Source: Anaeromyxobacter sp. RBG_16_69_14 (lineage in GTDB: Bacteria > Myxococcota > Myxococcia > Myxococcales > Anaeromyxobacteraceae). From it: 39,768 bases of DNA. The notes beneath the pieces were generated by a model. It was not told where the DNA came from. It worked only from the letters and a program-made list of their open reading frames with translations, and made no database searches. Made by a program: the position numbers and the translations under genes. This document shows, piece by piece, positions 20,725 through 31,380 of the stretch. How positions within the stretch are numbered: the stretch's first letter is position 1; every line of letters starts with the position of its first letter. The stretch lies in contig MEMX01000070.1 in NCBI GenBank assembly GCA_001768075.1, positions 174,637 to 214,404 on the forward strand. Reading direction: 5' to 3'.

Positions 20725-21741
20725 TTAGTTCGGCGCGCCGAGGTAGCGGCGCACTGCCGCCAAGCTCTCGGCGGGCTTCTCGCCGAACATGGTGTGCCCC
20801 GCTCCCTCGATGACCTCGAGCTCGGCGTTCGGGAAGTACCGCATGTGGCGACGTTGCTGGGCCTCGCCGATCACGGTGTTGCAGCTCCCGGCGAGGAACA
20901 GGACCTTGCGGCGGAACTGCTCCACGCCCGTGATGAACTCGACCCTGGGGTCCCCCTCTTTGTCGAATCCCTCCCGAAACAGGGCGGCGTTGGCTCGCGC
21001 GCCGAAGCGCCAGGTCTCCATCCTGGCAGTGGAGAGATCCCGCCCGCAGTAGTAGCCCGCCATGGGGTGGCCCGCGACGCGGGCGGTCATGAGGGCGTTG
21101 GCGCGGTAGTCATGGCGCGCCTCCTCGTCGAGGCCGTCAACGTCGAGCGACTCGAACCACACTCTCGTGCCCGCCCAGATGAGGCCGAAGCTCACCGCCG
21201 GGCGCATGCGGTTCGTCGCAGCCATCAGGATCCGGCCGGTCTCGACGGAGAGCATCCCCGGCTCAGCAAGCACGACGTGGTCGATCTTCTCTGGGTGCTG
21301 CCCGACATAGCCAGAGGCGAGCATGGCTCCCCAAGAGTGCCCGATGAGGCTCACCGTCCGGCCGCGGCTGAAATGGTCGACCACGGCGTCGAGCTCCGCG
21401 TAGAAGTCGGCGAGCTTCAGGCGATCCTCGCCCACGCGCTCGGAGAGCCCGCTGCCGCGCTGGTCGTAGAAGACCACGTGGTACTGATCCGCGAGCGCCT
21501 CGAGAGGCAAGAGGCTCCGGTGGTCGCCTCCGGGTCCGCCATGGAGGACGAGGACTGTCGGGTTGTTCGGGTCGCCCGAGGTCCGGAAGTGAAGCCTCAC
21601 GTGTCCGACCTCCAGGCTCGAGAGGGAGGGGTCGTCCGACACCGTTCGCGGGATGCTGGCCGCCGCGCAACCAGCGGCAAGGAGCAGCAGGGCCGCCCCA
21701 TGGCCCGTTCCGGGATGGAGCATCGCAGGTCGTCGAATCAT
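20725..21741 (-). CDS. Alpha/beta hydrolase (proline iminopeptidase-like), probable lipoprotein
   Basis: LLLLAAGC lipobox, VLHGGPG, YDQRGSG, GHSWG, GAGH. Start approximate (21741 or 21723). Confidence 0.82.
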   Translation of the reverse strand: MIRRPAMLHPGTGHGAALLLLAAGCAAASIPRTVSDDPSLSSLEVGHVRLHFRTSGDPNNPTVLVLHGGPGGDHRSLLPLEALADQYHVVFYDQRGSGLSERVGEDRLKLADFYAELDAVVDHFSRGRTVSLIGHSWGAMLASGYVGQHPEKIDHVVLAEPGMLSVETGRILMAATNRMRPAVSFGLIWAGTRVWFESLDVDGLDEEARHDYRANALMTARVAGHPMAGYYCGRDLSTARMETWRFGARANAALFREGFDKEGDPRVEFITGVEQFRRKVLFLAGSCNTVIGEAQQRRHMRYFPNAELEVIEGAGHTMFGEKPAESLAAVRRYLGAPN

Positions 21742-21890
21742 GCGGCGACAGTGGGCCAGTCGCGCCGGGGCTCGCTTGACGACGCGTGCCAAAAGGCCGA
21801 CCGCGCGCGCCAGGGCACTGGAAGTGAGCGGTGAGCTACGGCGCCCACGCGCGGTACGGCCTTCGGACTCTGCGCGTGGTGTTACCTTGC

Positions 21891-22065
21891 GGTGACGCAC
21901 CCGTGGTTGCCCAAGGCTACGAGGCAGGTGGCCACCGCGGCACGTTCTTCGGGCAGGCGGAAGATGCGTTCGTGGGGACCCTCGCGCTCGTGCCACAGCT
22001 TGCCGACCGGCTCCGCGTCCCCGTGATCGCGGCGGGCGGCATCATGGACGGCCGCGGCGTCGTTC
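21891..22065 (+). pseudogene. Internal fragment of a nitronate monooxygenase (2-nitropropane dioxygenase) family gene
   Basis: [15 protein letters not shown]...[28 protein letters not shown]; only about 58 codons, with both ends of the enzyme missing. Confidence 0.8.
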
Positions 22066-22231
22066 GCGAGGCCGAAGAGGCGCGCACCAGCCTCGAGGGG
22101 TCGAGGCGGTGAGGCGCCCGCCGTGCGGGTCGCGAGGGAGGCAGTGGCTGGATGCGTCACGCGTCACAGCGCGGCCTCCTCCCATGGGAAGACCAAGTGA
22201 CACGCGCCTGACCTCGACCCTGCGCAGGCCG

Positions 22232-22285
22232 AAACAGGACATTTCTACTTTGCTAGAAAGCGGACATTCCTACTTTGCGTTGAAA
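22232..22285. mobile_element. Orphan IS terminal region (ISNCY/IS1202-like end with repeated transposase-binding motifs)
   Basis: AT-rich ggacatttctactttgc (22237) and ggacattcctactttgc (22262), 25 bp apart, followed by gttgaaa, one change from a TGTCAAC terminus. No transposase in the window. Confidence 0.55.
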
Positions 22286-22332
22286 CCGCGCCGTCTCCTG
22301 CGCGTGACGTAGCCTATGGCCCGTGGACGTCT

Positions 22333-22947
22333 TTACGCGCCATCGACCTCCTTCGGCAGCGCCAGTTCGGGCTCAGGAGGCAGGTTCAGCACCGTCTCCG
22401 GGATGAGCTCCACCACGAAGTCGATCACGTCGCGGATGGAGAGCATGCCCACCGGTACGCCCTGATCGTCGACGAGCGGGATGTGACGGAAGCGGCCCAC
22501 GCTCATCTTGTTGAGCGCGTAGGCGAGGCTGTCCTTCGGGTGAAGCGTCTCGGGCGCCTTCGTCATCACCTTCTCCAGCGCGATCCGCCCGTAGCCCTTC
22601 TTGGCGAGCACGCGCTGCAGGAGATCGCGCTCGGTGAGGATGCCGGCGAGCTTGCGCGGCCGCTTCTTCGCGACCACCATCACCGCCCCGACCTTCTTCT
22701 TGCGCATGGTCTCGATCGCCTTCGACACCGGCGCGTCCAGGGGCAGGGTCACCGGAGACGACGTGGTGACGTCCTGGATGCGGGTCTCGAGGATGGCGCG
22801 CCCGACGTCAGCGTGGCGATCGATCTCGGGCGCCCCCTCGTCGCCCTCCATCGGCGCGTCGAGCGGGGACTCACGAGGCTGTTCGGCCTCTTCGGTGCGG
22901 TGCTCTTCGTGGCGGGGTTCTTCGTCGCGAATCTGTTCCGGTGGCAT
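22333..22947 (-). CDS. CBS domain-containing protein
   Basis: GILTERDLL, VMTKAP, FRHIPLVD, GMLSIRD; strong GGAGGAGG RBS before ATG 22947. Confidence 0.9.
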   Translation of the reverse strand: MPPEQIRDEEPRHEEHRTEEAEQPRESPLDAPMEGDEGAPEIDRHADVGRAILETRIQDVTTSSPVTLPLDAPVSKAIETMRKKKVGAVMVVAKKRPRKLAGILTERDLLQRVLAKKGYGRIALEKVMTKAPETLHPKDSLAYALNKMSVGRFRHIPLVDDQGVPVGMLSIRDVIDFVVELIPETVLNLPPEPELALPKEVDGA

Positions 22948-23097
22948 GGCACCTCCTCCGGCGAGGGGTGGAACCGCCTGTGATTGTGTGAAGGTCGGCC
23001 CACATGAGCACACGAACGGTCAAGGGCCTGCAACGACCCTGAGAGGGGCCGCCCAAAACAGCGGTCCCGTCGGCATCCTGAGAATCCCGATGAGGGG

Positions 23098-24039
23098 GTG
23101 AGCGTGGAGACGCCGATACCCTTCGATCTCGACCTCACGGTCCGCAGCCACGGGTTCTACGACCTCGCGCCCTGGTCCTACGATCCGGCACGGCGCCTGC
23201 TAGCGCGCCCGCTCCTCCTCGCGAGCCGTCGGAGGGTCTCCGTGGAGGTCGCGCCCCGCGAGAGCGCCAGCGCGGGGCTGGCGCTCAGGATCGCGGTCGA
23301 GGGACGGCTCTCGGCGGCTGACGCGCGCGGCGCGCGATCCCTGGTGCGCGCCTGTCTCGCGCTCGACGAGGACCTGTCGCCCTTCTACTCGCGCATCAGA
23401 GAGCTGGAACATGCGCGGCCCACGCGGAGGCCTCTGCCCCAGCTCGCCTGGGTGGTGGACCGCGGCGCCGGACGCCTCCTGAGGTCGCCGAGCGTCTTCG
23501 AGGACGCGATGAAGACGCTCTGCACCACCAACTGCACCTGGGCGCTCACGCGGGTGATGGTGAAGAACCTCGTCGAGAAGCTGGGGAAGCCGGCGCCGCT
23601 CGGCGGCCATACCTTCCCGACACCCGAGGCGATGGCGGAGCAGCCGGAGCGTTTTTACCGGGACCTCATCCGCGCCGGGTACCGCTCGGGGGCCATGCTC
23701 ACCATCGCACGGGAAGTGGCCTCTGGGACGCTCGACATGGAACGCTGGCGCGGTTCCGCGCTGCCCACGGACGAGCTCGCCGTGCGCATCCGGGAGCTGC
23801 CCGGTTTCGGACCCTACGCGACCGAGCATCTCCTGAAGCTGCTCGGGCGCTACGATCACCTCGCGCTGGATTCGTGGACGCGCAGCAAGCTCGCCCGCCT
23901 GAGAGGATCCCGGCGCGCGCCGTCCGACCGCGCCATGAAGCGTTGGTACGAGCCGTACGGCCGCTTCGCCGGACTCGCCATGTGGCTCGAGGTCACGGCT
24001 GACTGGCACGGAGCAGCGCCGAGCTGGCCTAGCTGCTAG
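23098..24039 (+). CDS. HhH-GPD superfamily DNA glycosylase (AlkA/OGG-like)
   Basis: SPSVFEDAMKTLCTTNC, FPTPEAMA, AGYRS, HhH motif LPGFGPYA, and LALD catalytic Asp region. Confidence 0.82.
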   Translation: MSVETPIPFDLDLTVRSHGFYDLAPWSYDPARRLLARPLLLASRRRVSVEVAPRESASAGLALRIAVEGRLSAADARGARSLVRACLALDEDLSPFYSRIRELEHARPTRRPLPQLAWVVDRGAGRLLRSPSVFEDAMKTLCTTNCTWALTRVMVKNLVEKLGKPAPLGGHTFPTPEAMAEQPERFYRDLIRAGYRSGAMLTIAREVASGTLDMERWRGSALPTDELAVRIRELPGFGPYATEHLLKLLGRYDHLALDSWTRSKLARLRGSRRAPSDRAMKRWYEPYGRFAGLAMWLEVTADWHGAAPSWPSC

Positions 24040-24299
24040 GGCAAGGCTCACTCCCCGCCTCGGACGGTATTCGTATTCGTTACGATGGGTTTTCGCCTTG
24101 CCACCGCGTCGGACCGTTCTGGTATGAGGACTCGCGTCAACGACCCTGGAGGCTGCTGATCCCCCCAGCTGCCCGGTTTCACGAAGGAACCCTCGATGCC
24201 TCTGTCATCCATGCGTCACACCGCTCGACGAGCTCGAGCGGGTGGCGTCCCCCACCAGGAAGCTGTCGCGAGCAACTGCGCCCCGGGAACCCTGGGCAC

Positions 24300-24842
24300 A
24301 TGAACTGGTTCAGGCGCCTCTTCACTCCCGGACGCGAACCGACGCCGGCCCTGCTCGAGGCACCGGCCCCGGTGCCTCCCTGGGCTCTCGATCTGCTGGA
24401 GGGAGTCCAGAAGGCCGGCCGCGCGCAAGCCAGAGCCATGGCGCGCATCGAGGCGCTCGAATCGAAGCTCGAGGGTGGCTTCGCCGACCTGCGCTCCAGG
24501 GTCAGCCCCAGACCTGCCGCTGCGCTCTCCTTCGACGAGGTGCTAGACGCCATGGACATCCTGGACGAGGCGTGCCGGACCCTCGAGGGGGCCGGGAACG
24601 CGCCAGCGGCGCAAGGCCTTCGCGGAGTCGTCGATCGGCTGCAGCGTTTTCTCGCCCGGATGGGACTCACGCGTGTGGCGGAGCCGCCTGTTACGCTGGA
24701 CGGCAGGCTCTTTCGCGCTGTCGGTATCGTGGAGCGCCCCGACCTCGCAGATGGTGCACCGGCGCAGGTGGTGCGCGCCGCGACCCTCGCAGGCGAGCGC
24801 GTCGTTCGAGAGGGAGAAGTCTTGATCAATCGGAGGCCTTGA
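24300..24842 (+). CDS. GrpE-like nucleotide exchange factor (divergent paralog)
   Basis: N-terminal coiled coil, VLDAMDILDEA, GLRGVVDRLQRFLARMGL and C-terminal VVREGEVLI beta domain; 2 bp upstream of the Hsp70 gene. Confidence 0.78.
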   Translation: MNWFRRLFTPGREPTPALLEAPAPVPPWALDLLEGVQKAGRAQARAMARIEALESKLEGGFADLRSRVSPRPAAALSFDEVLDAMDILDEACRTLEGAGNAPAAQGLRGVVDRLQRFLARMGLTRVAEPPVTLDGRLFRAVGIVERPDLADGAPAQVVRAATLAGERVVREGEVLINRRP

Positions 24843-24844
24843 GC

Positions 24845-26512
<1,668 letters not shown>

Positions 26513-26527
26513 AACACGGAGGCGGCC

Positions 26528-28576
26528 ATGGCGAGACCGAACCGGGAAGAGCGGCAACGGCAACAGGCGCTCCAGGACCTGTCGACGGGGCTCGCGCGTG
26601 GTGACGCGGAGCGGGCGGTCTCGGCTCTGCTCCGGCTGCCGGCTCCCGAGAGGGCCTCCGGCCTCGCCGACGTCGCCCCGCTCTTCCGCGCCACCGTGGC
26701 GAGGGAGTTTCGCGCAGGAAACTGGTCGCGCCTCGTGTCCTGCGCGGCGCGCGCCGAGCGCGAGCCGCGCCTCTTGGTGGAGGACGCCGCCGCCGAGGAC
26801 GAACGAGAGGCGCGCTGGGCGCTGATGTGGGGCGCCGCCCGCTCGCGCGAATGGGCGCGCGCTCGCCTCCATTTCTCCGCGCTCGCCGCCCACCTGCCGG
26901 CGCGCCTCGCCGCTGCAATTCAAGCGTACCTGGCCGCGGACGGTGCGCCGGAACCGGAGCTCTTCCTGGCGCTGCGGCCGCCGCCACAGGAGAGCCCGGC
27001 CGATCCCCGACTTGGCTATGACCCCGGGCAGCGCGCGGCGTCCAGAGGCGCGTCGGCACGCGCTCCGATGGGCCCCGAGGAGGTCGAGCCTGCCGTGCTC
27101 GCCAGCCGGGCGCTCCTCGGACCCGCGGAGTTCGTGGTCGCGATGGAGAGATGGGCCGACGGGGTTCCTCCCGGCCTGGCGCCGGCGCTCCTCACCTTGG
27201 CGGCACGACTCGTCGCAGGTGACGTCTGCGCGCGGCTCGTGGCAGGCGCTCCCGCCTGGGAACCGGCGCGGGCGGTGGCGCGCTTCTTCCGCCGCCTCGG
27301 AGCGCCGGCAGAGCTCGCCGCCGAGGCAACGCTCGCGCTGCGGGCCGCGGGCGCCGCGGCGCGGGAGCGGAGCGAGGGCCTCGGTCGCGAGGAGGCGCTG
27401 TCCGTCGCCGAGATCGTGGGCGCCGCGGCCCTGCACCCGGGATTGCGCGGCGCCGCGGTGGCTCTCGCCGCACACACGCCCTTCGCGATCGGGGCGCGGT
27501 CGATCGCGCTGGACATGCTGAAGGAGCTGTGTCAGCTGCCGGACGGCTCGCCGCTGCTCCTCAAGGCCCTGGGGGTCTGGGCCACCAGGGCCGAGCCTGG
27601 CGCCTGCCCGCCACCATGGATCGAGCGTGGATTCACCCAGCTCCTCGACCGCCAAGGCGAGCTCGCCCGATGCCTTCGCGAGGTGCCCCTCCGCACGCAG
27701 CAGGCGGCGGTCGCGACCGCTCCCGCCTCCTTGCCGGTTGCCGACGCGGAGCGCTTCCTCGACCAGGCGTGGCGGTGGGCAGACGACGGCGCGAAACAGG
27801 CGCTGCTGGACGGCTTCGACGAGCTGCTCTCGCGGGTGCGCGCCACCCAGGGAAGGCCGCCCGCGTTGCCCCCCGCGCTCCTGCAAGGGCTCTTGCTGGA
27901 GATGGCCGCCGAGATGGGGATGGAGCCGAACGAGGGTGAGCTGCGCGAGATGCTCGACTCTCCGATGGGGCGTCAGCTGGCGCGCCGCATGATGGCCGGG
28001 GCGATGCCTGATACCGGCGAGCGGCTCCCGGAGGTGGCCCGCCGCCTCTGGGATCGCTTCGCGGAGAGGATCGTGCCGTACCGGATCTCGTATCTGGAAA
28101 CGGCGCTGGAGAACTCGAAGGGCAAGGTCGAGCGCGATCGCGCCGCCGAGCGCTACCTCGGCGACAGGAGCGGCGACGCCCTCACCATGCTCGAGGCCAT
28201 CCGGTCGGCAGAGCGCGAGGACTGTCCGCGCGCGTCCAAGGCGATGCTCGAGCGCCTCGTGGGGCGCCTCAAGGGGGATCGCGACGGCCTCGCTCGGGCC
28301 TTGCTGGAGGCGGGGCGGCTGCGCCTTCGCCGGGGTATTCGAGGGCCTCTGGCGCGCGCCTTCGAAGCCGTGGACACGCAGGCGCGCGCGCGCGGCGAAG
28401 CGGAGTCGCGCGACGTGGCGCCGGCTCGACTCGAGGCGAGTCTACTGGATCGCCGGCGTCGGCCTTCGCGCGCGAACGCACGTGGAAGGCCCGCGAAGAA
28501 GAGGGATGCGGGCCGGAAACAGAGGCACGAGCAGCAGCAGCTCTTCCCGCTGGAACAGAGCGGCACGCGCAGGTGA
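26528..28576 (+). CDS. Large alpha-helical hypothetical protein of the Hsp70 operon
   Basis: 682 aa with GGAGG RBS, 15 bp after the Hsp70 stop and 6 bp before the J-domain gene; Ala/Arg/Leu-rich; basic C-terminal tail ending QQQLFPLEQSGTRR. No recognisable catalytic motif. Confidence 0.8.
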   Translation: MARPNREERQRQQALQDLSTGLARGDAERAVSALLRLPAPERASGLADVAPLFRATVAREFRAGNWSRLVSCAARAEREPRLLVEDAAAEDEREARWALMWGAARSREWARARLHFSALAAHLPARLAAAIQAYLAADGAPEPELFLALRPPPQESPADPRLGYDPGQRAASRGASARAPMGPEEVEPAVLASRALLGPAEFVVAMERWADGVPPGLAPALLTLAARLVAGDVCARLVAGAPAWEPARAVARFFRRLGAPAELAAEATLALRAAGAAARERSEGLGREEALSVAEIVGAAALHPGLRGAAVALAAHTPFAIGARSIALDMLKELCQLPDGSPLLLKALGVWATRAEPGACPPPWIERGFTQLLDRQGELARCLREVPLRTQQAAVATAPASLPVADAERFLDQAWRWADDGAKQALLDGFDELLSRVRATQGRPPALPPALLQGLLLEMAAEMGMEPNEGELREMLDSPMGRQLARRMMAGAMPDTGERLPEVARRLWDRFAERIVPYRISYLETALENSKGKVERDRAAERYLGDRSGDALTMLEAIRSAEREDCPRASKAMLERLVGRLKGDRDGLARALLEAGRLRLRRGIRGPLARAFEAVDTQARARGEAESRDVAPARLEASLLDRRRRPSRANARGRPAKKRDAGRKQRHEQQQLFPLEQSGTRR

Positions 28577-28582
28577 GCCGGC

Positions 28583-28984
28583 ATGGCAGACAAAGACCCT
28601 TTCGAGGCCCTCGAGATCACCGCCACCCTGGATGTGGCGCAGGTGAAGCGCGCATACTTCGCGCTCCTGCAAAGGCATCCGCCGCACATCGATCCTGAGG
28701 GGTTCCGCCGCATCCGGGCCGCATACGAGGCGCTCATGGCTCCGGGGGCCCGGGGCCTGGCCTATGCGACCGCGCCGATCGGGGCAGCCGAGGAGCTGGC
28801 CCGATGGCACGGGCGCTGGGACGCGCCGATGCAACAGGCCCTCTCGCATTTCAATGAGGCGAGCGCGCGAGCCACGGCCATCGAGTCATTCGTGGCGGGG
28901 GCGTCGAGAATGACCTTGTCCGGCGCCGCTGCGATGTTCGGCGCACCCGGGCTCGCCGGCCAAGGTGACGGTGGTGACGGCTGA
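28583..28984 (+). CDS. Small J-domain (DnaJ-like) protein with HPP variant motif
   Basis: DPFEALEI...VKRAYFALLQRHPPHIDPEGFRRIRAAYEAL matches the J-domain helix pattern. Confidence 0.85.
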   Translation: MADKDPFEALEITATLDVAQVKRAYFALLQRHPPHIDPEGFRRIRAAYEALMAPGARGLAYATAPIGAAEELARWHGRWDAPMQQALSHFNEASARATAIESFVAGASRMTLSGAAAMFGAPGLAGQGDGGDG

Positions 28985-29055
28985 CCGTTGCGGCTCGAGG
29001 CCACGGCCAACTGGAACGGGGTGGCTCCAACGGGAGTCCCCTGACGCGGGGCGTC

Positions 29056-29112
29056 TTGACGCGAGGCGTCACCGCAATCAGACTGGCAGTGTCGTTGACT
29101 CGAAAATCAACG
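29056..29112 (+). promoter_or_regulatory. Putative promoter and operator of the acyl-CoA dehydrogenase gene
   Basis: TTGACG-N17-CAGACT, followed by inverted repeat CGTTGA-N8-TCAACG at 29093-29112, just before the GGAG RBS. Confidence 0.5.
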
Positions 29113-29121
29113 GAGCCCGAC

Positions 29122-30912
29122 ATGGCCTCTCCAGCCGAGAAGATGAACCTCCCGCCCCTCCCTCCAGGTGGAGGGTTTCTCATCGCCCCGGTCGGCTCGG
29201 AGCGCATCCGAACCGCCGACGACTTCACCGACGATCAGCGCGCGTTCTTGAAGACCGCGGAGAAGTTCGCCGTCGAGCGCGTCCTGGCCAACGCCGAGCG
29301 GATCGAGCACAAGGACTTCCCGCTCCTGCGCCGGCTCCTGCGCGAGGCGGGCGAGCTCGGCCTGCTCGGGCTCGATGTTCCGGAGGCGTATGGTGGCCTC
29401 GCCCAGGACGAGACCTCCTCGATGCTCGTCACCGAGGCGATGGCCAAGAACGGTTCGTGGTCGGTGACGTTCGGCGCGCAAGCCGGCATCGGCACCCTCC
29501 CCATCGTCTACTTCGGCTCCGAGGCGCAGAAGCAGAGGTACCTCCCCAGGCTGGTGAGCGGCGAGCTCGTCTCCGCATATGCGCTCAGTGAAGCGTCGTC
29601 CGGCTCCGATGCCCTCGGGGCGCGGACGAAGGCGGTGCTCTCGCCCGACGGCAAACAGTGGGTCCTGAACGGCTCGAAGCAGTGGATCACGAACGCAGGC
29701 TTCGCCGACCTCTTCATCGTCTTCGCCAAGATCGACGGTGAGGGCTTCAGCGCCTTCATCGTCGAGAAGGGCGCTCCCGGATTCACGGTCGGTCCCGAGG
29801 AGCACAAGATGGGGATTCGCGGCAGCTCGACCTGCGCGCTCGTCTTCGAGGACGCCACGATCCCGTTCGAGAACCTGCTCGGAGAGCCCGGCAAGGGGCA
29901 CCGCGTCGCCTTCAACATCCTGAACATCGGCCGGCTCAAGCTGGGCGTGGCCTGCGTCGCCGGTTGCCGCAACGCCATCCAGCTCGCGGTCCAGTACGGT
30001 AAGGACCGCAAGGCGTTCGGCCAGGCCATCACCGCGTTCGGGCTCATCCGCGAGAAGCTCGCCCACATGGTGGCGCTCGTCTACGCGGGTGAGGCGATGA
30101 GCTATCGAACCACCGGCCTCATCGACGACCGCATCGCGCTCTCGTCTGCGAAGCGCGGCTCGCTCGAGCACGACAAGGACGTCATCGCCGCCATCGAGGA
30201 GTACAACATCGAGGCCTCCATCCTGAAGGTGTGGGGCTCCGAGGCCCTCTCGCAGGTCGCCGACGAGGCGCTCCAGATCCACGGCGGGTACGGCTTCGTC
30301 GAGGAGTACGCCATCGAGCGGGTCTACCGCGACAACCGCGTCAACCGGATCTTCGAGGGCACGAACGAGATCAACCGGATGCTCATCCCGGGGACCATGC
30401 TGAAGCGGGCCGCGAAGGGTCAGTTCCCGCTCCTCGAGCTGGCCCGCTCGGTCGGCCAGGCCATCGCCCGGGGCGAGCTGCCACGGATCGGCCCTGGCCC
30501 GCTGGCGCGCGAGAAGCGCATGGCGGAGCTCAACAAGTACCTCATGGTCCACGCGCTGCAAACCGCCGTCGATACCTTCGGTCCGGCGCTCTCCGACAGG
30601 CAGGAGGTCCTGGGCGCGCTGGCCGACATCGCCATCGAGGCGTACGCGGTGGACAGCGCCGTGGCGCGCGCGCTCCAGTCGGCGCGAGCGGGCGCGGTGG
30701 ATCCGGTGGCCGAGGCGTGCGTGAAGCTGTACGCGCTCGAGTCGCACGAGCGCGCCTACGCGCGGGCGAAGAAGGCCATCCGCGCCACGGTGGTGGACCC
30801 GTCGGCCTGTCGAGGCCACCTGTCCACGCTGCGCGAGCTCTTCGACGAGGGTCCCGCGGACGTGACGGCGCTCCGCGAGATCATCGTCGCGAGGACTCTG
30901 GAGAGCGTCTAG
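29122..30912 (+). CDS. Acyl-CoA dehydrogenase (long, FadE/VLCAD-like)
   Basis: YALSEASSGSD, NGSKQWITN, KMGIRGS, QIHGGYG, RIFEGTNEI. Start at ATG 29122. Confidence 0.95.
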   Translation: MASPAEKMNLPPLPPGGGFLIAPVGSERIRTADDFTDDQRAFLKTAEKFAVERVLANAERIEHKDFPLLRRLLREAGELGLLGLDVPEAYGGLAQDETSSMLVTEAMAKNGSWSVTFGAQAGIGTLPIVYFGSEAQKQRYLPRLVSGELVSAYALSEASSGSDALGARTKAVLSPDGKQWVLNGSKQWITNAGFADLFIVFAKIDGEGFSAFIVEKGAPGFTVGPEEHKMGIRGSSTCALVFEDATIPFENLLGEPGKGHRVAFNILNIGRLKLGVACVAGCRNAIQLAVQYGKDRKAFGQAITAFGLIREKLAHMVALVYAGEAMSYRTTGLIDDRIALSSAKRGSLEHDKDVIAAIEEYNIEASILKVWGSEALSQVADEALQIHGGYGFVEEYAIERVYRDNRVNRIFEGTNEINRMLIPGTMLKRAAKGQFPLLELARSVGQAIARGELPRIGPGPLAREKRMAELNKYLMVHALQTAVDTFGPALSDRQEVLGALADIAIEAYAVDSAVARALQSARAGAVDPVAEACVKLYALESHERAYARAKKAIRATVVDPSACRGHLSTLRELFDEGPADVTALREIIVARTLESV

Positions 30913-30913
30913 G

Positions 30914-31342
30914 CTAGCCCTCCTCTATCCGGGGGAGGACGGGCTTGATGTCGACGATCGGCGTCCCATCCATCGCCTCCAGCGGGCGAACCCTGAGGCG
31001 GGTCGGTCCTCCGACCTCCATCACCTCCACCCGGTGCAGGCCGATGGGATTGGGCCGGTCCGGGGACCGCGTCGAGAAGACCCCCCGAGGAGGTCGGGCA
31101 AGGTCCCCCCTGGGGTTGACCTTGAGGACGTCGCGGCGCCCCTGGTGGAGCCAAGTGAGGACGAGGATCTCGGAGCCTGCTTCGATGCCGTCGAGTGCGT
31201 CCGCGAACGCCGGATCGATCTCGAGCCAGGCGTCAGGTGCTCCTTCCCGGCCCTGCTTCGGGCACTGTTCCCTCGACAGGAGAGGCGAACGGACGCTTCC
31301 CACCGGACGAAGGACGTATTCGGGCACGCATCCGGCATCCAT
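30914..31342 (-). CDS. tsaA: TsaA/TrmO-like SAM-binding tRNA methyltransferase domain protein
   Basis: LRPVGSVRS, GVFSTRSPDRPNPIGL, MDGTPIVDIKP. Start approximate. Confidence 0.88.
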   Translation of the reverse strand: MDAGCVPEYVLRPVGSVRSPLLSREQCPKQGREGAPDAWLEIDPAFADALDGIEAGSEILVLTWLHQGRRDVLKVNPRGDLARPPRGVFSTRSPDRPNPIGLHRVEVMEVGGPTRLRVRPLEAMDGTPIVDIKPVLPRIEEG

Positions 31343-31380
31343 AGGGTGGCTCCTCGACTCGCACGGGTACCCGTGGCTAG

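Noticed and set aside
29107-30819. 570-aa antisense ORF
   Set aside because: Mirror of the acyl-CoA dehydrogenase.
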